From the NCBI GenBank assembly GCA_951406725.2, contig OX597834.1:28148001-28212000 (forward strand): 64,000 nucleotides of DNA. The letters run 5' to 3'. Below, piece by piece: positions 53,466-64,000 of this stretch. The notes beneath the pieces are model-generated. The model was not told the origin of the DNA, searched no databases, and saw only the letters and a program-made list of their open reading frames with translations. The stretch's first letter is position 1. Every line of letters begins with the position of its first letter. Made by a program: the position numbers and the translations under genes. The DNA comes from Octopus vulgaris. Lineage: Eukaryota.

Positions 53466-54706
53466 CTTAAACCCTTTAGCATCTGTTCACATTGCTTTGA
53501 ATTAACCATGTGTTATCTTGTAGGTTTGAGATTTCAATCACTTGACCGTCTGTTTTTAGAATAACATTGTAGAATGGGTGACAGGCCAGATCAAGCCAGC
53601 TTAAACATAAAACAGGTAGAATAAATATCTAGGCCCGATATGGTCAGTTTAAATGCTAAAAGGGACAAATAACCAAATTTTTAAAAATTTTATGTGATTC
53701 AGGTAAGTGGTCAATATCAATTTATTCAATTTTTTTTCCCAAAAGTTTGTCCTATAAAGAATTAAATCATTTTGAAAGTAAAATGCAAACATTTGAGAAT
53801 GATTACTTCTTGTAAGTATTCCCCAATTATTGGCTAGAATGATTTTTGATTACCGGTCAATTTCATTACACAGCTGACCTTGCACCAAATAACATTACTG
53901 TTATATTATAGTGAAAATGATAGCATAAGGAGAGGTCATATATGGCAGTTGGGTAAGAAACTGAAACCTGAATGATATCAATATGGACGTAAGTGCTGGT
54001 GTGGCTATGTAGTTAAGAAGTTTGCTTCCCAACTTCATAGTTTTGGGTTCAACCCCACTACACAGCACTTGGACATCTTCTGCTAAAGCCCTTGGATTTG
54101 GTAAACAGAAACTGCAAGAAGCCTGACGTGTGTGTGTGTGTGTGTGTGCATGTCTGTCACACACCTACCACTTGACAACTGGTGTCAGTTTGTTTATGTC
54201 CCCCATAGCTTGGCAATTCAGCACAGAATCCAGTGACTGAAACAAGTGCTAATAAAAAAATTTAAAAGAAAAACGTTTTATGTTTCTTTTTTCAGGCATT
54301 GTCTACCTTGGACTACATTAAGCAATGCAATTGATTTTGATTTTCCAGTTTCAGCTAATGAGCTGTGGCCATGCTGGGGCAATATAAACTTTCCTTTTTT
54401 TTTTTTTTTGTTTCATTTAAAAAAAAAAACAATGAAGTGTAATCGAAAGAAAATTTGGCTGTTGTTTCTGGCTAAACAGGAGCTCAGGCATTGGCTTAAA
54501 TCCCTGAGCTGTCTGTATACTCCAGCTGGTTACAGAGGTAATAGAGTGGTGGGGTGGGGGTGAACATTAACACCTTAACTTTGTGACTAAATAACAGTAT
54601 CTATGTAATCTCCAGGTCAGCAAATATAGAACAAGTTACCTGTTGATTAGTATGTGTGTGTGTATGTGTGTGTATACAAATGTACAACTCTAAGTGTGTA
54701 TGTATG

Positions 54707-54755
<49 letters not shown>

Positions 54756-54899
54756 GCCTATGAATGAGTGTATACGTATCAGTATGTATATGTATGCATG
54801 TACATATGTGTACAAATGTATATGTGTATATATGTTTACAAATGTGTGTGTGTGTGTGTGTGTGTGAAAGGGCTACCTTTAGAAGAAGCAACAGCATAT

Positions 54900-55107
54900 G
54901 GTTAGTAGTTGTAATAGTAGCTGCAGCAGTGGTGGTGGTGGTGGTGGCCGTGCCAGTAGTGGTATTAGTATTTGTTGCAGCAGCAGCAGCAGTAGTAGTA
55001 GTGATGGTGGTGGGGATAGAAGTAGTAGCCATAATAGTAGTAGTAGTGGTGGTGGTGGTGGTGGTGGCGGGGATAGAAGTAGTAGTAGCCGTAATAGTAA
55101 TAGTAGT

Positions 55108-55139
<32 letters not shown>

Positions 55140-55162
55140 TAGTAGTAGCAACAGTAGCAGCA
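54900..55162. repeat. (AGT)/(GGT)/(GCA) compound trinucleotide repeat
   Basis: Directly visible. Confidence 0.9.
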
Positions 55163-55938
55163 GACCTAGAGCTGACTTTGACTAAGCACATACTTGGCAA
55201 GCAAGCGGTGTGTGGTTGGGGAATGTCTGGTGATCCAGTTCTGATTTTTTCCAATACAACCAACCTTGACATGGCTGTTCTTACAGTCGCCGCAGCCTGT
55301 CCTGGATATATCGTACTACTGTATATATCGCATGACAATACAGGTATCTTCTCCAGCTACGCACGCGCACACACACACACATATAAATGTGTATGTATCA
55401 TCATCATCACCATCGTTACCATCATCATTTTAACATTTGCATTTTTTTCAAGCTTGCACAAGACAGAACAAAATTGGTTTTTAGGCAGAATTTCTACAGC
55501 CGGATGGACACCTTTCCGGTCACCAACCCTCATCTGTTACCAAGCATAGCTACTATACCCCCATGATCAAACATGCTTTTCAAGGAAGACTGCAAATGAA
55601 CAACACCACTTGTATGACAGTGACGTTCGCTTACCACCATCCCATGACATCAAGACAAGAGTACACACAAACACACACATATACATATTTACATACACAT
55701 ACATAACATATATGTTTATGAATTTCTCACCAAACTAATGAACTTCCCATATAATTACTCTGGAAAACAGGAATACGTGGTAGCCAGAATAAATAGCAGA
55801 GGAGCTTTTTATAAGCAAACCCCAAAATGCTTCCCATGAAATCCCATAAGCAAACTTAGAGGATTTATATATATATATATATATATAGTCAAAAATATGA
55901 TAGAAGAAGGAAAATTCACACAATATATATACTTTTAA

Positions 55939-56346
55939 TCTATATATCTATATATATAAAACTGAGTGTGTGTGTGTGTATCTGTCTGTATGTGTGCATC
56001 GCTAAAACTCAAGAACTACCCAACTGATTTCATTCAAATTTTACACATGCATTACTTAGGGTTCATGGAGAGTCATGAGCCAAAAGAAATTTCAAATTCT
56101 TGCCTAATGCAAGCCCAGAGCAATCTCTTAAACTGTTTCAGTATTACATGTCAAAAGTGAAACAATAACATCTCTATTGTAATGTGACATAATATTGTTT
56201 CACTTTTAATTCTAATGTGATAACACTAAGACCATCTTATTTTACACATTTACCATTCAATGACCAGTTAATAATTATCGTAGCAGTTGCAATGTATCTA
56301 CAGTTACATATTCACCTTGAAATTAATATTAGACTACACTGTACTC
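55939..56346 (+). mobile_element. Helitron-like 5' portion, cut off by the RTE LINE
   Basis: A|TCTATATATCTATATATATAAAACTGAGTGTGTG start, similar to 30438. Confidence 0.5.
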
Positions 56347-57981
56347 GGGTTGGCAACGAGTACAGTGATGAATTCCAGGTAAAGGTTGGGGTCCACCAAG
56401 GCTCAGTCCTCAGTCCCCTCCTATTTATCATAGTCCTCCAGGCAATAACGGAGGAATTCAAGACAGGATGCCTCTGGGAGCTCCTCTATGCTGATGACCT
56501 TGCTCTAATTGCTGAATCACTATCAGACGTGGAAGCGAGGATTAGAATCGAAGGGCCTTAGAGTCAACCTAGCTAAAACCAAAGTCCTAATAAGTAGGAA
56601 GGTAGACAAATCTCAAACGCCTTCAGGTAGATGGCCCTGCTCGATCTGTAGAAAAGGCGTAGGTAGGAACTCTATAAGATGTACCAAGTGTAAGCTATGG
56701 ACACATAAGAGGTGCAGCAATGTCAAAGGAAGGCTAACTAGGAATATAGTTTTTGTATGTGGCAGATGCTCTGGTGCAATAAACACTGAAAATGCGCAGA
56801 GACCAACTTCCGCCACATTCCAGTGAGAAAAACTAGAAATAGTTGATAGTTTCCGTTACCTAGGTGATCGAGTCAGTAGCAGGGGCAGGTGTGCCAAAAG
56901 TGTAACTGCTAGAGTAAGAATAGCCTGGGCAAAGTTCAGAGAGCTCTTACCTCTGCTGGTGACAAAAGGCCTCTCGCTCAGAATAAAAGGCAGACTGTAT
57001 GACGCATGTGTACGAACAACTATGCTACATGGCAGTGAAACATGGGCCGTGACTGCTGAGGATATGTGTAAGCTCGCAAGAAATGAAGCCAGAATGCTCC
57101 GATGGATGTGTAATGTCAGTGTTCATACCCGACAGAGTGTAAGTGCCTTGAGAGAAAAGTTGGACCTAAGAAGCATCAGATGTGGTGTGCAAGAGAGACG
57201 TCTACGCTGATATGGACACATGGTAAGAATGGATGAAGATAGCTGTGTGAAAAAGTGCCACACCCTAGCGGTTGAGGGAACCTGTGGAAGAGGTAGACTC
57301 AGGAAAACCTGGGACGAGGTGGTGAAGCATGACCTTCGCTCTTTAGGTCTCACCGAGGAAATGACCAGAGACCGAGACCTTTGGAAGTATGCGGTGCGTG
57401 AGAAGACCCGGCAGGACAAGTGAGGCCATAACCCGTGGCCCCTACCTGGGACGTAGTCATTCCACCTTTTTTCTTTACTTTCCTTCTTGGGACACATAAC
57501 TCTACTTGTGAAGACCTGTTGAGGCAAGTGCAAATCAAAGAATCAAAAAATCAAATCAAATCAAATCAAATCAACATCAATGGAATTTGTAGTTTGTGGT
57601 ACCAGTGCCGGTGGCACATAAGAAAACCATCCGAACGTGGCCATAGCCAGTACCGCATCAACTGGCCTCCGTGCTGGTGGCACGTAACAAACACCATCCG
57701 ATCGTGGCCGTTGCCTGCCTCGCCTGGCCTCCGTGCCGGTGGCACGTAAAAAGCACTATCCGAGCATGGCCGTTCGCCAGCCTCATCTGGCACCTGGTTC
57801 GGTAGCACATAAAAAGCACCCACTACACTCACGGAGTGGTTGGCGTTAGGAAGGGCATCAAGCTGTAGAAACACTGCCAGATCTGACTGTCCTGGTGCAG
57901 CCTTCGGGCTTCCCAGACCCCAGTTGAACCATCCAACCCATGCTAGCATGGAAAGCGGACGTTAAACGATGATGATGATGA
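56347..57981 (+). mobile_element. 5'-truncated, inactivated RTE-clade LINE (RT C-terminal half plus 3' UTR)
   Basis: RT motifs GVHQGSVLSPLLF, LLYADDLAL, GLRVNLAKTK, FRYLG, LYDACVRTTMLHGSETW and GRGRLRKTWDEVV. Frameshift near 56525 and stops at 56824 and 57208. The 3' UTR has GGTGGCACGTAAAAAGCACC subrepeats and a (GAT)n tail. Confidence 0.92.
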
Positions 57982-59100
57982 GGCCATGCTGGGGCACTGC
58001 CTTGAAGAAATTTTAGTCGAATGAATCAACCCCCAATTTTTTTTTTTATAAAGTCTGGTACTTATTCTACCAGTCCCATCTGCTGAACTGCTAAGTTGTG
58101 GGGACATAAACACACCAAACATAAGAAAGGTACATGCATAAGACTGGTATAAAAGACAGATACACGGATAAGACTAGTACATATGTAAGTCAGGTACACA
58201 TGCAAGACGAATATGCATAAAACAGGTATATGAATAAGATAGGTATACAAAGTGGACAGATATACATATAAGACAGGTACATGCATAATACAGATATACC
58301 TATAAGACATAAAAGATGTGCAAAACAGGTACAAACATACAAGGCAGGTACAGACACAATACAGATGCATGTGTAAGACAGGTGCATGTACAAGATGAAT
58401 ACAGAAACAAGAAAGGTACATGCACAAGACAGGTACGAATAGAAGGCAGGTAGGACCAAAACCAACAGATGTTCCTGAAGTCTAATAATATTGAAAAGCA
58501 ACAAATCTACACACACACACACACAAAGCATGTAGTCAAACTTCGATTTCCAAAAAATTATGAATACTGAAAATGTGACAAGTACAAAAGAACAGTTTAG
58601 TCATTGGAATTAGATAACAAAAACAGAAAAAAAAACGATGACGATGATGATGATGACAACACTACTACCACCACCACCACCACCACAACCATAGGCTCCA
58701 ACTGAGTTAACCTCTTTGGGAACTCGCTGCTCCCCATAAACAAGGTAGGCTCAGGTGTATGCTGGATTGCTAGAGCAGATGTTTAAAGGAACTTCCACTG
58801 ATGTGAGCCAGCCCCTACAGTGCCCTGGACCGCTGGAGCAAATCATACTGCAATTGGATCTGGCAAAGAGCCAACCCCTGATGTGCGCAGGGCTGCTGGA
58901 ACAGATCCTACAGAGAAAATTACCCCTGACGAGAACCAGCCTTAGATGAGTGTTGATGAACTATTAAAGCAGGTCCTAATGTGAATTACCCCTAACAAGA
59001 ACCAGGCTCCCTGGTGTGTGTTGAATCACAAGAACAGATTTTGATAAGGGTTCTGCCAAAAAGAATGTGTGTGCGTGTGTGTGTTCGCACATACACACAC

Positions 59101-59167
<67 letters not shown>

Positions 59168-59663
59168 CACATATACATACATGTGTGTGTGTATATATAT
59201 ATATGTTATACATACATGTGTGTGCATATATATATATATATCAAAGTGGACGTTAAACGATGATATATATATATGCACACACATGTATGTATAACACATA
59301 TATATATATACACACACACATGTATGTATATGTGTATGTATGTGTTTGTATGTATGTATAATATATATAGCATCATATATATATATATATATAAATATTG
59401 GGTTCCCAGATAAATTCATTCATTTCTGGGGTTTATTTTTTTTTCCATTCTACTATAATCCTTTCCAATGTTATTTGAATTAACACAAGAAATATTTCTA
59501 TGTTTAATGAATTTCTTTTGGTTTTTCCTTTGTAACTCAATTCTTCTCCAACAAATTTTGTGTACCACTTTTGAAATTCAAAAAAATTTTACCTCTTTTC
59601 ACTCTACAGATGACGCAATGCCAAGCAGAAAAAAATAAATAAAAAAGAATTTGACTGACATCT

Positions 59664-60045
59664 TGTGGCTGTGTAGTAAGAAGCTTGCTTTCTAACTACA
59701 TGGTTCTGGGTTCAATCCCAATGCGTGACACCTTGGGCAAGTGTCGTCTACTATGGCCTTGGACCAACCAAGTTCTTATGAGTAGATTTGGTAGACGGAA
59801 ACTGAAAGAAGCCCATCATGTATATGTGTGTGTGTTTCAGTCTGTTTGTCTTCCACCACTGCTTGGCAACCAGTGTTTGTTTACGTCCCCATAAACTAGC
59901 AGTTTGGCAAAGGAGACCAATAGAATAGGTATCAGGTTTAAATAAAAAAGAAAGTATGAATGTCAGTTTGTTTAACTAAAAAACCCTTCAAGGTGGTGCT
60001 CCAGCTTGGCTGCAGTCTAATGACTGAAACAAGTAAAAGATAAAA
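59664..60045 (+). mobile_element. Older SINE-A copy
   Basis: Diverged head-to-tail match to the family. Confidence 0.75.
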
Positions 60046-60545
60046 GTTAAAGTGACCCATGAAATGGTCACTCAGCCTACTAGAAATAGCAGCCAAATCT
60101 CTCTTATATAATCACACCATATTGTCTTTAGAAAAGGAAGTAGACATTTAGCGCTGAAACTTTATATTGCAATGCATCTGAATAAAAATATAAAAGATAG
60201 GTTGGGCAGTGTAGAGGAAGTATCATCTTGGTCATGGTTCTTACTAATTGGGAATGACATGGAACACAGATGGCATGTCTTGGAGGAGGAAGTAGATCCT
60301 ACTTGAAAAAATTTAATAAAGCTAAAAATAGAAGGCAGGGATTGCCCTGGCTTGGTAGCAGTGTCATTGTTGATGTCGCCCTTTAGGAACTGAAAAGAGT
60401 TAGAGCAGATACTGCAAAGCATCTAACAATTTTCTTCGGAGCGATATTTTATTGACATAGAAAGGATGAAAGGGATAGTTGGTCATGGTGGGATTTCAAC
60501 TCAGAGAACAATGAACCAGAACAAATACTACAAGGTATTTTGCCT

Positions 60546-60778
60546 CAAGGCGGCGAGCTGGCAGAAACGTTAGCGTGCCGGGCGAAATGCTTAACGGTAT
60601 TTTGCCAGCCGTTACGTTCTGAGTTCAAATTCCGCCGAGGTCGACTTTGCCTTTCATCCTTTCGGGGTTGATAAATTAAGTACCAGTTACGCACTGGGGT
60701 CGATGTAACCGACTTAATCTGTTTGTCTGTCCTTGTTTGTCCCCTCTGTGTTTAGCCCCTTGTGGGTAGTAAAGAAAT
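60546..60778 (+). mobile_element. SINE-B monomer in an older antisense SINE-B
   Basis: TSD AGGTATTTTGCCT at 60533-60545 and 60779-60791. Confidence 0.88.
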
Positions 60779-61003
60779 AGGTATTTTGCCTGACATTCTG
60801 CTAATGGGACTTCCTAAGTTGCCAGGTGGCAATGATAAGCTACGCAAAGGGACAAATAAAGCTATAAATAGTTCTTTCCCCTATAAGCACAATGCCTGAA
60901 ATGGGGTGGATAGGTAGAGACTTGACAATTACATCGACCCCCAGTGATTAACTGGTACTTATTCTATCAACCCCAAGAGGGTGGGAGGCAAAAGTCAACC
61001 ATG

Positions 61004-61297
61004 AGTGGAGTCACATGGCCCAGTGGTTAGAACAGTGGACTCACGGTCGAGGGATTGCAGGTTCGAATCTCAGACCGGGCGATGTGTGTGTTTATGAGCA
61101 AAACACCTAAGCTCCACGCGGCTCCGGCGGAAGGTAATGGCGAACGTCCGCTGACTCTTTCGCCACAACTTTCTCTCATTCTTTCCTCCTGCATCTTGCA
61201 GCTCACCTGCGACGGACTGGCGTCCTGTCCAGGTGGGGAACCTATACGCCAAGGAAACCGGCCCTTATGAGCCAGGCATGGCTCGAGAAGGAATAAA
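61004..61297 (+). mobile_element. SINE-C with a 15-bp TSD
   Basis: TSD CAAAAGTCAACCATG at 60989-61003 and 61298-61312. Confidence 0.85.
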
Positions 61298-63619
61298 CAA
61301 AAGTCAACCATGGTGGAATTTGAACTCGGTACATAAAAACAGACGAAATGCTGCTAAGCATTTTGTCCAGCATGCTAACAGTTCTGCCGGCTCACTGCCT
61401 TTAAATAAAACTATAAATAAGAGTTTCCAATTTTGGCACAAGGCCAGCAATTTCAGGGAAGGGATAAGTCAATTGCATTGACCTCAGAGTTCAACTAGTA
61501 TTTATTTTATTGACTCCGCAAGGATAAAAGGCAAAGTCAACCTCAGTGGAGTTTGAACTCAGAACATAAAGACAGATGAAAAGCCACCAAGCATTTTGCA
61601 TGGCATGCTAACAATTCCGCCAGCTCACTCTTTGATAAAGCGTGTATAATAATAGCGTGTATATATTGGGTTAAAAACCTTTTGGATAAGAAAAGTCAAA
61701 AGCTGCCTGTGGGATTTGAACCCATATCTCCAGTAAACACGATGTTCTACCACTGTACCAAAGCAACCCTTTGAATTTCTTTATTTACTTCATTTAGAAA
61801 CACTATTCTTACCAGTAAGAGTTTTCTGTTGGGGCTGACCTGGAGCTTAACAACAGCAACAACAACGTCAACAACAAGAATCAAGATAACGAATAAACAT
61901 GAGAAGGGCAACAAGTCACCCCGCCCGCCCACCCAGAAAGGCCACCCCCACCCCCCACCCCCGTATCTGTTTCTATCACGTACCCAAGAAGTACTTGCAG
62001 TGCTGCTCGAGCAACTTAAAACAATCCAAGTCAGCTTCCAGTTAAACACAGAGAACAAACACAGACAAAATGGAACATCAGTTTGCCACACACCTCGCCA
62101 CCCCCCACACCCTTAAGTACCCGCCCCAACACCCTGAAGCACCTCACCTTGGCAGGGAAAAAAGCCAACCCACCCACAAACAGTAACCCTAACCCCTCCC
62201 TGGCATGCTAGATTTTTGATGTAACCACTGTTACAACACATTATGTAGATATACACACATCCTTGCTGAACAACAATCTTCAATCCTCTCTTTCTGTCTA
62301 TCTCTCAATCGCTGTCTGTCTGTCTGTCACTTTCTCTCTCTCTCTAACTGTCTATCTATCTATATCTTCCTCTCTCTCTATCTGTCTATCTCTCAATCTC
62401 TCTCTCTCTATCTATCTATCTATATCTCCCTCTCTCTCTATCTGTCTATCTCTCTCTCTCCCTCTCTATCTATCTATCTCTCTCTTTCTGTCTATCTCTC
62501 AATTGCTGTCTGTCTGTCTGTCACTTTCTCTCTCTCTCTGAGTTAAGTAACCTAAAACATGTAGTAGCAGATCTGATCTGCTGATTACACACACACACAC
62601 ACAGACACACACAAACACAGAACATTCACAAACACACACCCACATTTACACGCAATCACACACATTCACAAACAACATAAAGCACATACATATACAAGCA
62701 AAAGTTCACAAACGCATATTCTCATAGAGCCACATGCGCACACATACACGCACACATTCTCACAGACACACCCACATTTAAACACATTTTCATATGCACA
62801 CGCACACGCACACACATACGCATCTGCAAAGAGCAAGCTGCTCGCATACACATACATTTACACATGTGCATACACACACACACATTCACACCAACAATAA
62901 CATTCACGCACACACACATTTAAACACATTTTCACATGCACACATATTACACACACATACGCATCCGCAAAGAGCAAACTGCTCGCATACACACACATTT
63001 ACACATGTGCATACACACACACACATTCACACCAACAATAACATTCACACAGACACACACACACACACATTTATATATGCTCTGACATAACATACATTCA
63101 CACACACACACACATCCACAAGGAGCAAACTGCTCGTATACACACACATTTACACATGTGTATACACACACACACACACATTTATATATGCTATGACATA
63201 ACATACATTCACACACACACAAACACACACACACACACAGAAAACAAACAACACTCATATACACATACATTCATAAATATGTGTTGACATAGTCACACAT
63301 GCATTCATACACACACACACACACATACACACACAGATGCATGGCATAACTACATTCACGCAAACACACCCAAATTTACACACATGCACGAAAGACAATA
63401 ACCAGACAGACACATACTTCACCAAAAGCACATTCATAGGGTCTCACACACACATACACTTATACAAAAAAAAATCCACACATATGGTAAACAGATACAG
63501 AAACATTGCGATATTTTAAATATCATACAGAAGAGCATAATCTACATCATTAACAAAGCAAACTTAAATACAGCTTTATAAAAATAAACACCCAGCCAGT
63601 AGGGTGTTTAAATGAGCAG

Positions 63620-63621
<2 letters not shown>

Positions 63622-63705
<84 letters not shown>

Positions 63706-64000
63706 GTGTATATATATACATATATATATACCCATATATACACACACACACATATATATACATATATACACATACATATATATATATACACATATATATA
63801 TACATATATATATACACATACATATACACACACATATATACATACATACATACATACACATACATATACACACACATATATACATACATACATACATACA
63901 TACATTCATATATACATACATACATACATACATATACATACATACATACATATATATACATACATATACATACATACATACATATATATACATACATATA
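63622..64000. repeat. (TA)/(TG)/(TACA) compound microsatellite
   Basis: Directly visible to the end of the window. Confidence 0.95.

Noticed and set aside
55285-55356. 72-nt minus-strand segment bounded by AG and GTAAG
   Set aside because: No pyrimidine tract, and it contains a stop in phase 1, the phase required upstream of exon 20443.
54601-55549. 245-261 aa ORFs on both strands
   Set aside because: Mostly trinucleotide and dinucleotide repeats.

Overview
Eukaryotic, AT-rich, repeat-saturated genomic DNA. The SINE, LINE and microsatellite content suggests a coleoid cephalopod, most likely Octopus (inference). Most of the window appears to be intron of one minus-strand gene encoding a CTD small phosphatase (CTDSP1/2/L, SCP family). 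One exon is confidently recognised (20289-20443, KKPRRSGLLNKFFCCFG...EQNGNTK). Two frame-compatible candidates were read by eye: an alternative first exon (49043-49130) and a 60-nt cassette exon with a GC donor (8507-8566). The catalytic DLDET exon and the canonical first exon were not seen and probably lie outside the window. The rest is at least four tRNA-derived SINE families (here A-D), RTE and CR1 LINE fragments, a Penelope-like remnant with a hammerhead-like motif, non-autonomous Helitrons, piggyBac-, mariner- and hAT-like MITEs, two long fold-back repeats and many microsatellites. Almost all ORFs in the supplied track are repeat artefacts. No prokaryotic-type system is present. The most unusual signals are the SINE-B concatemers bounded by a single TSD, the candidate alternative CTDSP exons, a templated patchwork insertion at about 21 kb, and abundant intronic dsRNA potential. 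All coordinates were read by eye, and repeat ends are approximate.
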